Origin: Candidatus Magasanikiibacteriota bacterium
GTDB taxonomy: Bacteria; Patescibacteriota; Patescibacteriia; Magasanikbacterales; UBA922
Assembly (NCBI GenBank): GCA_041674805.1
Contig: JBAYVA010000001.1
Location: 326,612-390,611 of the forward strand
Direction of reading: 5' to 3'
Length of the DNA stretch: 64,000 nucleotides
The position numbers were made by a program, and so were the translations under genes. Below, in pieces: positions 9,771 to 20,182 of this stretch. How positions within the stretch are numbered: the first letter of the stretch is position 1; each line of letters starts with the position of its first letter. The notes under the pieces are model-generated. The model searched no databases. It was not told the DNA's origin and saw only the letters and a program-made list of their open reading frames with translations.

Positions 9771-11204
9771 TTATTTAGAAGTTAACCTCATCATTTCTAA
9801 AATCTGTTTTTTGGTAATAGTCTTAGTCAAAAACACCATTACAAGATATATCAAAGATCCAATCAAGAAAGCCCAAAAAAATCCAAAAAATTTATCTGTA
9901 AAAAAAGTAAAAATAATTATGAAAATAATTATAAAAAACAATTGCATGAATAATTTATTTAAAAAATCAAAATCAAATTTTACAAATTTAGCTATAAAAA
10001 ATATACTAAACAATGACATAGCAATATTGCCAATTGTAGCAGCCAAAGCAGCACCCACAGCCCCAAATTTTGGTATCAAAAACAAATTTAAAACTATATT
10101 GATTAACATAATTGTACCTATCAATGAAGTTTGCGTTTTTTGTCTATCACAAGCATTTAACAATGAACCGAAAACAAAGTTCAAATAAGCAAAAATTACG
10201 CCTACCAATAAAATTTGCAATGGCAATACTGAATTCAAATATTCACTCTTAAAAAAATAAACTATAATGTCTTTGGCAAGCAAAGAAACTAAAATTACAA
10301 AAGGTATAGAAACCAATAATAAATACTTGATACTTTGATGAAAAACAAAACTTAATTTATTTTTATCTTTCAAAAAATATTCACTAAATTTAGGATACAA
10401 AGCTGCTATCAAAGCCATAGGTACAAAATTCAAAGCATAAGCAATTTTCGATGGAATACTATACCAACCTAAAACTTCATCACCTGCCATTTTTGACAAA
10501 AATATAGAATCTATAAAAGAATAAACTCTAGCAAAAATAGCAGCTAAAGCAAAAGGAATTACTAATGTAATAAGATAAGTAAAAACTTCTTTGTTGTATT
10601 TCAATTTAAAATTTAAATTGTACTTGAAAATCACAATTAGACTAGCAAACAACACATTGCAAATACTAGGTATCAAAAAGGCATACATCAAAAAAATAAG
10701 AGGTTTGCCAGTAAATAAAAAAAATGTTCCCAAAATTAAAGTTAGAGCTTGGCTTACTATAATAGCAATAGACTCATAAAATAAATTTCCAAAAGCACGC
10801 AAAGTTCCATACAAAGTCAAATGCAACGAATCAAACAACATCGTAATAGCTGAGATGTAAACTAATTGCTTTGTTTCCAATTCATAGCCCATCAAATTTA
10901 TGACAACTACCACTGCTAAAAAGCTAACAAAACCTAAAAATAATTTTATAAATAAAATATTTGAAAAATATTCTTGTATTTTATCTTTTAATTTTGCACC
11001 TTCTCTAATCAAAATATTACTAAAACCCAAATCTACAAAAACTACAAAAATAGTAGTGAAAGATAAAGCAAAAAAATACTTACCAGTACTCTCAGCGCCC
11101 AGTTGTCTAGCAACAATTGCAAAGTAAACAAAAGATATGACCTTCTGCAAAACAGAGGCCATTGTCATAAACATAGTGTTTTTGGCGATTGAATGATTTT
11201 TCAT
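9771..11204 (-). CDS. Oligosaccharide flippase (Wzx/MOP superfamily)
   Basis: About 12-14 TMs, ARQLGAESTG, IDSIFL, LIPKFGAVGAALA. Confidence 0.85.
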   Translation of the reverse strand: MKNHSIAKNTMFMTMASVLQKVISFVYFAIVARQLGAESTGKYFFALSFTTIFVVFVDLGFSNILIREGAKLKDKIQEYFSNILFIKLFLGFVSFLAVVVVINLMGYELETKQLVYISAITMLFDSLHLTLYGTLRAFGNLFYESIAIIVSQALTLILGTFFLFTGKPLIFLMYAFLIPSICNVLFASLIVIFKYNLNFKLKYNKEVFTYLITLVIPFALAAIFARVYSFIDSIFLSKMAGDEVLGWYSIPSKIAYALNFVPMALIAALYPKFSEYFLKDKNKLSFVFHQSIKYLLLVSIPFVILVSLLAKDIIVYFFKSEYLNSVLPLQILLVGVIFAYLNFVFGSLLNACDRQKTQTSLIGTIMLINIVLNLFLIPKFGAVGAALAATIGNIAMSLFSIFFIAKFVKFDFDFLNKLFMQLFFIIIFIIIFTFFTDKFFGFFWAFLIGSLIYLVMVFLTKTITKKQILEMMRLTSK

Positions 11205-11261
11205 GTACTTATATTTTACTATAAAACCTTACTTAAAACAATATTTGATTTTATAATAAAA

Positions 11262-11349
11262 AGCTTACAAAGCCTACAAGGCTCACAAGGCTTACAATCA
11301 TAAACAAAAAGCCTTGTTGGCTTTGTAAGCCTCGTAAGCCTTGTAAGCC
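11262..11349. repeat. Inverted array of 9-bp repeats (GGCTTACAA-like, 4 copies, then TTGTAAGCC-like, 4 copies)
   Basis: agcttacaa agcctacaa ggctcacaa ggcttacaa ... gctttgtaa gcctcgtaa gccttgtaa; a related array lies at about 21470-21505. Confidence 0.75.
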
Positions 11350-11416
11350 CATAGAAAACAAAAACTCCAGATAATACAATCCGGAGTTTGAAATTTGAAT
11401 TTTGAAATTTTTGTGT

Positions 11417-11821
11417 TTAACGTTTTCTCCATTGGTGAGCACGACGAGCTTTGTGCAAACCTGGTTTCTTTCTTTCTTTTGCTCTAGAATCACGTGTCAT
11501 AAAGCCTTTAGCTTTTAAAGTAGGTTTGAAATCTTCATTCCATTCTACCAAAGCTCTAGCAATACCATGACAGACTGCATCAGCTTGACCACGAATACCA
11601 CCACCAGCAACTTTTACAGAAACATCTGTATCTTTTTCTTTGCCAATAGCCACAAGTGGAGAAACAACACGTTCTTGTAATAATTTTGTAGTGAAATAAT
11701 TATTTAATTCTCTATCGTTGATAACAATTTTACCTTTACCAGGTGTGATACGAACACGGGCAGAAGCTGTTTTTCTTCTACCTACGGCTCTTGCTTTGTT
11801 AGCATCTGATTTCTGTACCAT
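11417..11821 (-). CDS. rpsI: 30S ribosomal protein S9
   Basis: GRRKTASARV, GGGIRGQA, KERKKPGL...QWRKR. Confidence 0.97.
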   Translation of the reverse strand: MVQKSDANKARAVGRRKTASARVRITPGKGKIVINDRELNNYFTTKLLQERVVSPLVAIGKEKDTDVSVKVAGGGIRGQADAVCHGIARALVEWNEDFKPTLKAKGFMTRDSRAKERKKPGLHKARRAHQWRKR

Positions 11822-11841
11822 AATTATATATTATTTATATT

Positions 11842-12201
11842 TTAAGCATTGATACTTAGGCGTTTCATCATCCCAGTTCTCAATTTGTTCTTTGGCAACA
11901 TACTGTAAATAGCTCTACGCATTACATCTGTTGAATCAATATCAAAAATTTTTTTCATTGAAGTAGTCTTCAATCCACCTGGATGACCAGAATGTTGATA
12001 ATAATCTTTTTGTACTAATTTTTTACCGGTAAATTTTACCAACTTTGCGTTGTTAATTATCACAAAGTCTCCAGTATCGATATGACGAACAAAGGTAGGT
12101 TTGTTTTTTCCCATCAAAATTTTGGCAGCTTCAGTAGCTACACGACCTACAGCTCTATCAGTGGCATCGATTTGAATTTTTTCACGTTTTATTTCTTGCA
12201 T
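11842..12201 (-). CDS. rplM: 50S ribosomal protein L13 (short form)
   Basis: IDAT..GRVA, GKNKPTF..HIDTGDFV, HSGHPGGLK, MLPKNKL. Confidence 0.95.
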   Translation of the reverse strand: MQEIKREKIQIDATDRAVGRVATEAAKILMGKNKPTFVRHIDTGDFVIINNAKLVKFTGKKLVQKDYYQHSGHPGGLKTTSMKKIFDIDSTDVMRRAIYSMLPKNKLRTGMMKRLSINA

Positions 12202-12212
12202 ATTTTATCTTT

Positions 12213-12563
12213 TTAAACGAATTCAATTTTTACTTTTTCAGCACCGTCAGTAGGACGAGTACCTAATTTGATAATGCGAGTATAACCACCTTGTCTATCT
12301 TTATAACGAGGAGCAATTACATCAATCAATTTTGCTACAGCTCTACCTGTATACAATACAGAATTTATAATTTCTCTATCCACAGGGCGATTCTTTTTGG
12401 CTTTTGTTACCAATGGTTCTACTACTGTACGCAAAGCTTTAGCTTTGGCTTTTGTAGTAATAATAGCATCATGCAATACCAAACTCTCTGCAAGATTTCT
12501 AAGCAATGCTACTCTAGGAGCTTTGGTTCTACCTAATTTTATATTTTTCTTTTGGTGTCTCAT
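12213..12563 (-). CDS. rplQ: 50S ribosomal protein L17
   Basis: MRHQKK..KLGRT, TTKAKAK, RQGGYTRIIK. Confidence 0.97.
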   Translation of the reverse strand: MRHQKKNIKLGRTKAPRVALLRNLAESLVLHDAIITTKAKAKALRTVVEPLVTKAKKNRPVDREIINSVLYTGRAVAKLIDVIAPRYKDRQGGYTRIIKLGTRPTDGAEKVKIEFV

Positions 12564-12587
12564 ATTTTATACAAAATTTCTTTTTTA

Positions 12588-13325
12588 TTATTCTTCATCA
12601 CTGTTTTTTTTATCTTTTTTAGATACTTTTATAGTACTAGAAGAAGATAAAACCAAACTAAAATGGTCCATCAAAATCTTAGTGGCACGTTCTACAGTTT
12701 CTTTTGGTGCAATTGTGCCATTTGTTTCAATAGTCAAGGTTACTTTTTCGTAATCAGTGATATCACCAACACGAGTATTTTCGACTTTATAACCGACATC
12801 TTTTACCGGGGAATAAAAAGAGTCAATTAAAATAGTACCCAAATCTAAATTTTTACTTTCTTTTTCAGATACAGGTACGTAACCTAAACCTTTACCAATA
12901 ATAATTTCTAAACTTAATTCTTTCTTGTCATCAGTAATTGTAGCAATAGTCAAATCAGGATTTACAATTTCAATATCTGAATTTTTTTCAAAATCAGAAG
13001 CTTTTACTTCGCCTTTACCTTTTTTTGTTAAAGACAATGTAACTGGAGTTTCACTATGAGATATAATAGATAATTGTTTCAAATTTTGAGATAGTTCAAT
13101 CACATCTTCCATTACACCTTCAATAGCTGAAAATTCATGTTGTACACCGTCTATTTTTACAGCTTCAACAGCTGCACCTTCAATAGAAGACAATAATACA
13201 CGTCTCAAAGAATTACCAATTGTGGTACCATAACCTTGGTGACAAGGTGTAATGATCAGTTCAGCTGTATTTGCTTTACTTGTATCTTTGAATTCTATTG
13301 TTGAGGGTAGAAGAATATAATCCAT
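12588..13325 (-). CDS. rpoA: RNA polymerase alpha subunit (245 aa, no alpha-CTD)
   Basis: GYGTTIGNSLRRVLLSS, HEFSAIEGVMED, VENTRVG; lies between rpsD and rplQ. Confidence 0.95.
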   Translation of the reverse strand: MDYILLPSTIEFKDTSKANTAELIITPCHQGYGTTIGNSLRRVLLSSIEGAAVEAVKIDGVQHEFSAIEGVMEDVIELSQNLKQLSIISHSETPVTLSLTKKGKGEVKASDFEKNSDIEIVNPDLTIATITDDKKELSLEIIIGKGLGYVPVSEKESKNLDLGTILIDSFYSPVKDVGYKVENTRVGDITDYEKVTLTIETNGTIAPKETVERATKILMDHFSLVLSSSSTIKVSKKDKKNSDEE

Positions 13326-13356
13326 ATGTTTTTTAAATTAACAGACATTTTAAAAA

Positions 13357-13980
13357 TTATCTTGTAGAGTAATACTCTGTGATAAGCTTAACATCAAAGA
13401 CTTTTTCAAAATCTTTTGAACTAGGCTTAGTAAGTATTTTACCAGATTTAGCAGCAGAATCAACAGATACCCAAGATGGTAATTCTTGAGATTGTAATTT
13501 ATCACTAACATTTTCAAAAATTTGTTTCTTTTGTTTTGTAGGTTTTAAAGAAACAACATCACCAATACGCACAATGTGTGAAGGAATGTTCATTTTTTTA
13601 CTATTTAGCAAAAACATACCATGACTAACAAATTGTCTTGCTTGAGCACGAGTAACAGCAAAACCCATACGATAGACAACATTGTCCATACGCATTTCTA
13701 GCATTTCTTGCAAGTTTACACCAGAGTCACCTGTCATGTTACTTGCTTTTTCTACGTATTTGCGAAATTGACCTTCGCGAATACCATAAACAACTTTAGC
13801 TTTTTGTTTTTCAACTAATTGCTTACCAAAAGCTGACAAAGAAGGACGTTTTTGTTTTGGTCCGTGTACGCCAGGTGCTTGGTTAAGACGACGAGCTACT
13901 TTTGTAGAATTTGTTTTCAAACCTAAATTAGTTTTGAAACGTCTTGCAATTTTATTTTTTGGTCCAATATTTCTTCCCAT
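13357..13980 (-). CDS. rpsD: 30S ribosomal protein S4
   Basis: EKQKAK..YG, LEMRMDNVVYRMGFA..RAQARQFVSHG. Confidence 0.97.
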   Translation of the reverse strand: MGRNIGPKNKIARRFKTNLGLKTNSTKVARRLNQAPGVHGPKQKRPSLSAFGKQLVEKQKAKVVYGIREGQFRKYVEKASNMTGDSGVNLQEMLEMRMDNVVYRMGFAVTRAQARQFVSHGMFLLNSKKMNIPSHIVRIGDVVSLKPTKQKKQIFENVSDKLQSQELPSWVSVDSAAKSGKILTKPSSKDFEKVFDVKLITEYYSTR

Positions 13981-14000
13981 ATTTTAAATATCAAATTATA

Positions 14001-14393
14001 TTATACACGTCTTCTTTTTGGTGGACGACAACCATTGTGTGGAATAGGTGTAATATCTTTTACAGACAATACTTGAATTCCATTTGAATTCAAAGCACGG
14101 ATAGCACCTTCACGGCCGCCACCAATACCTTTTACAAATACACTAACTTCTTTTACACCAAAAACTTTGATAGCTTCAGCAACTTCTTTGACAACTACGC
14201 CAGCAGCATAAGGTGTAGATTTTTTAGGTCCTTTGAAACCTGCTTTACCAGCAGATGACCAACCTAGAACATCACCATTTTGATCTGTTACAGATACAAT
14301 AGTGTTATTAAATGTAGCTTGAATAAAAGCTTTGCCGTGAGATACGGAACGCAAACTTTTCTTTTTAGCTTTTTTTACTTTTTTAGTAGCCAT
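14001..14393 (-). CDS. rpsK: 30S ribosomal protein S11
   Basis: ATFNNTIV, KKSTPYAA, DITPIPHNGCRPPKRRRV. Confidence 0.97.
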   Translation of the reverse strand: MATKKVKKAKKKSLRSVSHGKAFIQATFNNTIVSVTDQNGDVLGWSSAGKAGFKGPKKSTPYAAGVVVKEVAEAIKVFGVKEVSVFVKGIGGGREGAIRALNSNGIQVLSVKDITPIPHNGCRPPKRRRV

Positions 14394-14436
14394 AATAAAT
14401 TATTTTTTCGTTTTTTTTAATTCAATTTATCAAACA

Positions 14437-14823
14437 TTAAGTCTTTTGTGCAACTGGTTTTTTACCACTAGTTGCTACATTTCTCTTGTTACCACGAGTA
14501 GTACGACTATTAGTTTTTGTTCTTTGTCCACGAGAAGGCAATCTTTTTGCATGACGTGTACCACGGTATGATTTGATATCTTTCAAACGTTTGATGTTTG
14601 AAGAAACTTCACGACGTAGGTCACCTTCTGTTTTATAAGTTTTTTCTACTAAATTACGAATTTTATCTTCTTGATCTTGTGTAAGATCTTTGGTACGTGT
14701 AGTTAATGGAACTTGAGACAAGTCCATAATTTTTTTAGCTGTGGTAGGTCCAATACCATACACATAAGTAAGAGCAACTACTACTCTTTTTTCTCTTGGT
14801 ATATTTACACCTGAAATACGCAT
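14437..14823 (-). CDS. rpsM: 30S ribosomal protein S13
   Basis: [25 protein letters not shown]. Confidence 0.97.
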   Translation of the reverse strand: MRISGVNIPREKRVVVALTYVYGIGPTTAKKIMDLSQVPLTTRTKDLTQDQEDKIRNLVEKTYKTEGDLRREVSSNIKRLKDIKSYRGTRHAKRLPSRGQRTKTNSRTTRGNKRNVATSGKKPVAQKT

Positions 14824-14851
14824 ATCTTATTTCTAAAAACTTTAATTAAAT

Positions 14852-14989
14852 TTAAGCAGCTTTTACACGCTGTTTAGCACCTTGTCTTTGTTTGTGACGA
14901 GGATTTTTACAAATTACAAAACGTGCACCACGACGGATGACAATCTTGCAATCTTTACATCTTGTTTTAACTGATGCTTGTACTTTCAT
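14852..14989 (-). CDS. rpmJ: 50S ribosomal protein L36 (45 aa, Zn-ribbon form with short C-terminal extension)
   Basis: Below the ORF-track size cutoff. Manual translation: [45 protein letters not shown]. Confidence 0.95.
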   Translation of the reverse strand: MKVQASVKTRCKDCKIVIRRGARFVICKNPRHKQRQGAKQRVKAA

Positions 14990-15026
14990 ATTAATAAAAC
15001 TTCAAATAAATATATTTTTTAATAAA

Positions 15027-15094
15027 AAATCATCAATCACTGCCGCGATATCGACACCCTTATAAAAAAGGCTACACCGCACTGATTGAGATTT
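15027..15094 (-). promoter_or_regulatory. Structured RNA between infA and rpmJ (candidate r-protein leader)
   Basis: Nested helices on the minus strand: TCAATCA/TGATTGA, GCGGTGT/ATATCGC and GCCTTT/AAGGGT, with G-U pairs. Confidence 0.5.
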
Positions 15095-15097
15095 ATT

Positions 15098-15316
15098 TTA
15101 AAATCTGTATGTTATACGTCCTTTGGACAAATCGTAAGGAGTAATTTCTACTTTGACTTCATCGCCAACATTTAATCTAATGTTGTTCATACGAAGTTTT
15201 CCTGCCAAATGACAAACTAATTCATGTTCATTTTCTAAAACTACACGAAATTTAGCACTTGGTAGAAGTTCGATAATTTTACCCCAGACTTCTATAACGT
15301 CTTGTTTGTTACCCAT
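15098..15316 (-). CDS. infA: Translation initiation factor IF-1
   Basis: [36 protein letters not shown]. Start set at ATG 15316. Confidence 0.96.
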   Translation of the reverse strand: MGNKQDVIEVWGKIIELLPSAKFRVVLENEHELVCHLAGKLRMNNIRLNVGDEVKVEITPYDLSKGRITYRF

Positions 15317-15337
15317 GTAAATCAAATTAACGACGGT

Positions 15338-15366
15338 ATTTTAACCTAAAGTCAAAATATTGTCAA
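15338..15366 (-). promoter_or_regulatory. sigma70 promoter of the infA-alpha operon
   Basis: TTGACA-17 bp-TAAAAT. Confidence 0.7.
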
Positions 15367-15635
15367 GTTTTAATTAGTGGATAAGGTCTAGCACATAGTA
15401 CGAGACAAATATCACGAAACATACTATATCAATATTTGGCTAAAAATGCAAGGAATTAGTTAAAAGTTCATAAAGTTTCTAAAGTCCATAAAGTCAAAAA
15501 TCTATAAAATGTCTTTTAAATTTTATAAAATATTATTAATTTACTAATATTAATACTCTTAAAATTGGCAGACTTACAATTGCCAATACAATCCTTTCAA
15601 CTTTCTATCGTTACCCTTTATTATTTACAAAAAAA

Positions 15636-16121
15636 CTAAAAACGGTAAACTCTTGGACCTTCACTATTTGAACCTTCTCTCTTCATATCATCAGTATTTT
15701 TATCTTCTGGTGAACATTCACTTTTTACCCAGTCCAAAAAAGTCCACAATTCATCTTTCACTTTTCTAAAATCTACTCTATGTTCAAAACTACCATCTAT
15801 TTCAAACCTACCTTTCAAAAATTCATGAGCATACAGATACTGATTAATACGTTCTCTAACTTTTGTTCCGTCATCTGATTTATCAGAAAAGACACCATCT
15901 CTTTTTATATGATGAAGCATTTGTAACAAAAAAGAAAAAGCTTCTTCCCTAATATCAGTAGCATCACTATTTTTACTTTGTAAAAATTTTTGTGCCTTTT
16001 CAGATAAAACAACTACCTTTTCTTCAAGCTTCTTAAATTCTTCAATAGAACCCCTTCTATTTTTCAATATACCTCTAATTTCATTTATAAGGTATTCATC
16101 TTGTGGTGTTAATTTTTTCAT
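15636..16121 (-). CDS. Hypothetical protein (161 aa)
   Basis: ORF with no recognised motif. Confidence 0.6.
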   Translation of the reverse strand: MKKLTPQDEYLINEIRGILKNRRGSIEEFKKLEEKVVVLSEKAQKFLQSKNSDATDIREEAFSFLLQMLHHIKRDGVFSDKSDDGTKVRERINQYLYAHEFLKGRFEIDGSFEHRVDFRKVKDELWTFLDWVKSECSPEDKNTDDMKREGSNSEGPRVYRF

Positions 16122-16233
16122 ATAAATTATATAGTTAAATAATATATATTAATTTTATACATTTTTAATTTCTTTATAAACCAGATAAAATTATACATTG
16201 GACAAGCTGGCGCTTGTCATTCCTTTCGTTCCT

Positions 16234-16671
16234 CTATTCTCTTTCCACATTCCCCGTTCCACATTCCTCTCTATACACCCAATACTTATACAAAAAGAAA
16301 TTCCAAGATACCATCACAACAATTGTCGCAATACGAACTAAACGATAATCAAATTCTAAAATATAATTGAATAGATACATCACACCCACGGAAAATAAAT
16401 AGTTAAAACCTGCTAAAGCTAAATAACGCACAATTTGTTTGTGTGGCATTTCTTTGTTTTTGAAAGACCAGTATTTATTCAATAGAAAATTGTAAGTAAG
16501 CATTATAACTTGATTGCATATCACAGCAATAGTCGCATTTAAACCAAAAAATTCCTTGAAAAAAATCAAAGTAGCCAAATCCAAAAATAATCCCGAAAAA
16601 CCAACGATGAAGTATTTGGTGAATTGGTGACGGACGGACCAAGCGTATAAAACTATTTTTTTAAATTGCAT
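16234..16671 (-). CDS. GtrA family membrane protein
   Basis: QFTKYFIVG, NFLLNKYWSF, WNFFLYKYWVY; 4 TMs. Confidence 0.85.
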   Translation of the reverse strand: MQFKKIVLYAWSVRHQFTKYFIVGFSGLFLDLATLIFFKEFFGLNATIAVICNQVIMLTYNFLLNKYWSFKNKEMPHKQIVRYLALAGFNYLFSVGVMYLFNYILEFDYRLVRIATIVVMVSWNFFLYKYWVYREECGTGNVERE

Positions 16672-16794
16672 AAATTTTTAATAAACAATTTCAAAATTAC
16701 AAATTACAAATAATATACAATAAACAAATAACAAAATCACTGAATATTGAAAATTGTAATTTGTTTGGAATTTGTTTATTTAGTATTGTTTATT

Positions 16795-18648
16795 TTATTC
16801 TAAGATTGCTTTAATTCTCCTAATACCCGCACTTGAGGATTCTTCTTTCATAATTTTGAAATGTCCCATTACACCAGTATGCTCTACATGAGGACCACCA
16901 CAAATTTCTCGACTAAAAGTAAGACTATTCTCACTAGCTTTGGCTGAAATCTCATTTGGATCACCAACAGTGTAAACTTTTACCATTTCACCATATTTGT
17001 CACCAAAAAGACCAATCGCATTTTTGGTACGAGCTTCTTCTACTTTCATTTCAGAAAAAGTTACTGGATAATCATTTTTTATAGCAGAATTGACCAAATT
17101 TTCTACTTCTTTTATTTGTTCATCTGTCATTTTGTCAGTATAAGAAAAATCAAAACGAAGTCTTTCAGCTGTAATATTACTACCTTTTTGTTCTACGTGA
17201 TTACCCAAAACTTGGCGCAAAGCAGCGTGCAATAAGTGAGTAGCAGTATGATATTTTACACTCATTTCACCATGATCAGCTAGACCACCTTTGAATTTTT
17301 GTTCAGCACCTTGACGAGAAAGTTCTTGATGAGCTGTATAAGCTTCGTCAAAACCAGCTTTATCAATTGTCAGATTATTTTCACTAGCAAGTTCTTCTGT
17401 CATTTCAATTGGAAAACCAAAAGTATCATAAAGTTTGAAAGCTTGTTTACCAGAAATTTCCGTAATAGCACGACCAGTTTTTTCCAAAGCCATTTGAAAA
17501 CCTTTTAGTAATTTTTCAAATTCTTTGATACCTTGTTCAAGTGTCACACGAAATTTTGTTTCTTCTTTTTCCATTTCATTCAAAGCAAATTCTTGATTGC
17601 GATTAACCTCTGGATAAACATCAGCAAAAATACTGATAACAACTTTTGACAATTCTACACAAAAATTATTTTGCAATCCCAAATTACGTCCATGGCGAAC
17701 AGCACGACGAATCAGACGACGCACGATATAGCCTTGATCCACATTACTTGGAGCTACTCCCCTATCATCAGTCATAATCATAGTAGAAGTACGAATATGA
17801 TCAGCTACTACACGCATAGACTTTGTCACACTGTCTGATTCTTTGTATTTCTTGCCACTAAGCTCTTCAATTTTGTTTATAATAGGTTTCAAAGTATCTA
17901 CTTCAAAAGCATCCGAAAATTTGTTGAGGACGGCAGTCGTACGCTCAAGACCCATACCTGTATCTACATTTTGTTTTTCAAGCAATTTAAAAGTTCCATC
18001 TTCTTGCTTGAAATATTGCATAAAAACATCGTTCCAGATTTCTAACCAATTGTCTTCATCATTTCCTGGATTACTACCAGATGGTGGCAATTCTTCTTTT
18101 CCTACCCAAAAAAACATTTCAGTATCAGGACCACAAGGACCAGTGATACCAGCCGGACCCCACCAATTATTTTTCTTTGGTAATTTGGCAATACGTTCTT
18201 CTCTAATTCCCAAAGATTTCCATTTTTCAAATGATTCTGAATCAAAAGGTGCATCACTGTCACCTGCAAAAACTGAGACAGCCAATTTGTTTATATCAAT
18301 TCCTAAATAATCTTTTGAAGTCAAAAATTCAAAACTCCATTCAATAGCTTCTAGTTTGAAATAGTCCCCTAGTGACCAATTACCAAGCATCTCAAAAAAT
18401 GTCAAATGACTTCTGTCGCCAACTTCGTCAATGTCGCCAGTACGTACACATTTTTGGACATCAGTCAGTCTCACTCCAGCTGGATGTTTTTCACCAAGCA
18501 AATATGGGACAAGTGGATGCATTCCAGCAGTAGTAAAAAGTACTGTTGGATCATTTTCAGGCAATAGTGATGCTGAAGAAATCACAGCATGATTCTTACT
18601 AGCAAAAAATTCTAAATATTTTTTTCTAAGTTCTTGTGCGTTTAACAT
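16795..18648 (-). CDS. alaS: Alanine--tRNA ligase (short form lacking the C-Ala domain)
   Basis: LFTTAGM, HLTFFEMLGNWS, DTGMGLER; editing motifs HTATH and CGGPH. Confidence 0.96.
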   Translation of the reverse strand: MLNAQELRKKYLEFFASKNHAVISSASLLPENDPTVLFTTAGMHPLVPYLLGEKHPAGVRLTDVQKCVRTGDIDEVGDRSHLTFFEMLGNWSLGDYFKLEAIEWSFEFLTSKDYLGIDINKLAVSVFAGDSDAPFDSESFEKWKSLGIREERIAKLPKKNNWWGPAGITGPCGPDTEMFFWVGKEELPPSGSNPGNDEDNWLEIWNDVFMQYFKQEDGTFKLLEKQNVDTGMGLERTTAVLNKFSDAFEVDTLKPIINKIEELSGKKYKESDSVTKSMRVVADHIRTSTMIMTDDRGVAPSNVDQGYIVRRLIRRAVRHGRNLGLQNNFCVELSKVVISIFADVYPEVNRNQEFALNEMEKEETKFRVTLEQGIKEFEKLLKGFQMALEKTGRAITEISGKQAFKLYDTFGFPIEMTEELASENNLTIDKAGFDEAYTAHQELSRQGAEQKFKGGLADHGEMSVKYHTATHLLHAALRQVLGNHVEQKGSNITAERLRFDFSYTDKMTDEQIKEVENLVNSAIKNDYPVTFSEMKVEEARTKNAIGLFGDKYGEMVKVYTVGDPNEISAKASENSLTFSREICGGPHVEHTGVMGHFKIMKEESSSAGIRRIKAILE

Positions 18649-18687
18649 AAAATAAATGTTCTAAATGTTGAAATTGTTAAAAATGTT

Positions 18688-20175
18688 TTAATTATTCGTT
18701 TTCCAAAGTTTATTTACACTAAAATTAAATTCTTTCCATGATTTAATCTTATATTTTTCTTTCCATTCAGAAATTATGACATTACTGACATTGTAACCAA
18801 AATTTCCAGAATATATACTTTCAACAGATACATCTTTTTCATCTATTTTTTTATTTATTTTTTTCACTTCCTCAAATGCATCAGTAGATAAACTCACTAA
18901 ATAATGTGTATCAATTCTTTTACCTTCATATAAAAATCTATCAACATTTTTACTTGCAATCATCCTGTCTACATTTATTGAACTAACCACACAAAGAGCA
19001 GCTATTCCTAATAATACAGTCATGTTGAAAAATTTTCTAAATTCAAAATCAATAGATAAACTAACAGCCGTGAAAGTCAAAATGGCAATACAAAAATAAA
19101 TAAACCACTCAACATAAAGACGCATCGTTGTAAAACCGTAAGCCTCTTGATAAAGATTCATTCTCTTCAAAGCTGACATGACAATCACAGCCACTTGCAA
19201 AATCAAAAATATTTTGAGCAATTTAAGAGCAATATGACTACCATGTTCAGAAGCTGAACGATAAAAAATAACTAAAAAAATTGCTGAAAAAATAATTACC
19301 CAAACAAGTTGAAAAAAACCTTGTCTAGCATAATCAGCAAAGACTAGACCTTGTTCAAGTACAAAGTTGGTAGAACCAAACAAATATTGCAATTGAATTA
19401 CCACAAATGTGGCAAAAAGAAAATTCACTAGAGACAAGACAACTATAGCGACTGCTTTGTCAATTTTCAAAACAAGTTTTTTACTATATTCCAATTTATG
19501 TGAATTATCCACCAAAATATAGAAAAAAGAACCAAGAATCAAAGTCAAAAACAAAGTCTTAAAAATTCTAAAAACTAAATCTGGTTCAACGTGAAAATTA
19601 AATAAACTATGTACTTTTTTGGCAAAAACTGGATCCGCACTAAGAAAAAGAGCTAAAAAGATAAAAAGAATTGGAACAGAAATCACAACACCTATTAATA
19701 TTTTTTTGTATAATTCACTATTCTTTACTTTAGAAGAAGAACCCAAATCACTAAAAATTTGTTTTAATTTATTTACTCCTTTTCTAAAATTATCAGACAA
19801 ACTCAACTTAAAAAAATCAAATTTTAATTTATCAGGATTACGTAAAGTCAAAAGAAAAGGATAGACTAATAGTAAAATAGCGACTAACAAAGGTACCAAA
19901 CCCGTCACAAATTCATTGTTTAGTAACAAAATATCCAAAGAAAAAATAAATATTGGCAACAAAAGCCACAGTGCCTTAGGTTGGTGTAGTTGTTTGCTCA
20001 AAAAAGTAATAAGCGTAAAACCTAAAGTATAAATTGAAACAAACAAAAAGAAACCCAAACCAAAAACGTTTACATCCCAAAAGAAAAAGTCAAAAGCCAA
20101 AGCTATTAACAATGCAAAAGCTAGATAAATCAAACGAGATTTTCTAGATAAATTTTCATTTAAGATAGCAAACAT
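18688..20175 (-). CDS. DUF4153/DUF4173-like multi-pass membrane protein
   Basis: LFLSADPVF, YARQGFFQLV, SALKRMNLYQEAYGFTTMR. Confidence 0.8.
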   Translation of the reverse strand: MFAILNENLSRKSRLIYLAFALLIALAFDFFFWDVNVFGLGFFLFVSIYTLGFTLITFLSKQLHQPKALWLLLPIFIFSLDILLLNNEFVTGLVPLLVAILLLVYPFLLTLRNPDKLKFDFFKLSLSDNFRKGVNKLKQIFSDLGSSSKVKNSELYKKILIGVVISVPILFIFLALFLSADPVFAKKVHSLFNFHVEPDLVFRIFKTLFLTLILGSFFYILVDNSHKLEYSKKLVLKIDKAVAIVVLSLVNFLFATFVVIQLQYLFGSTNFVLEQGLVFADYARQGFFQLVWVIIFSAIFLVIFYRSASEHGSHIALKLLKIFLILQVAVIVMSALKRMNLYQEAYGFTTMRLYVEWFIYFCIAILTFTAVSLSIDFEFRKFFNMTVLLGIAALCVVSSINVDRMIASKNVDRFLYEGKRIDTHYLVSLSTDAFEEVKKINKKIDEKDVSVESIYSGNFGYNVSNVIISEWKEKYKIKSWKEFNFSVNKLWKTNN

Positions 20176-20182
20176 ATAATTT

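Noticed and set aside
11262-11349. CRISPR array
   Set aside because: The units are 9-bp tandem repeats without unique spacers, and no cas genes are in the window.
11251-11493. 80-aa minus-strand ORF
   Set aside because: It overlaps rpsI, and its sequence is produced by the 9-bp repeat array.
16795-18648. Truncated alaS (and short rplM) as pseudogenes
   Set aside because: Catalytic motifs are intact with clean stops; short forms are expected in reduced CPR genomes.
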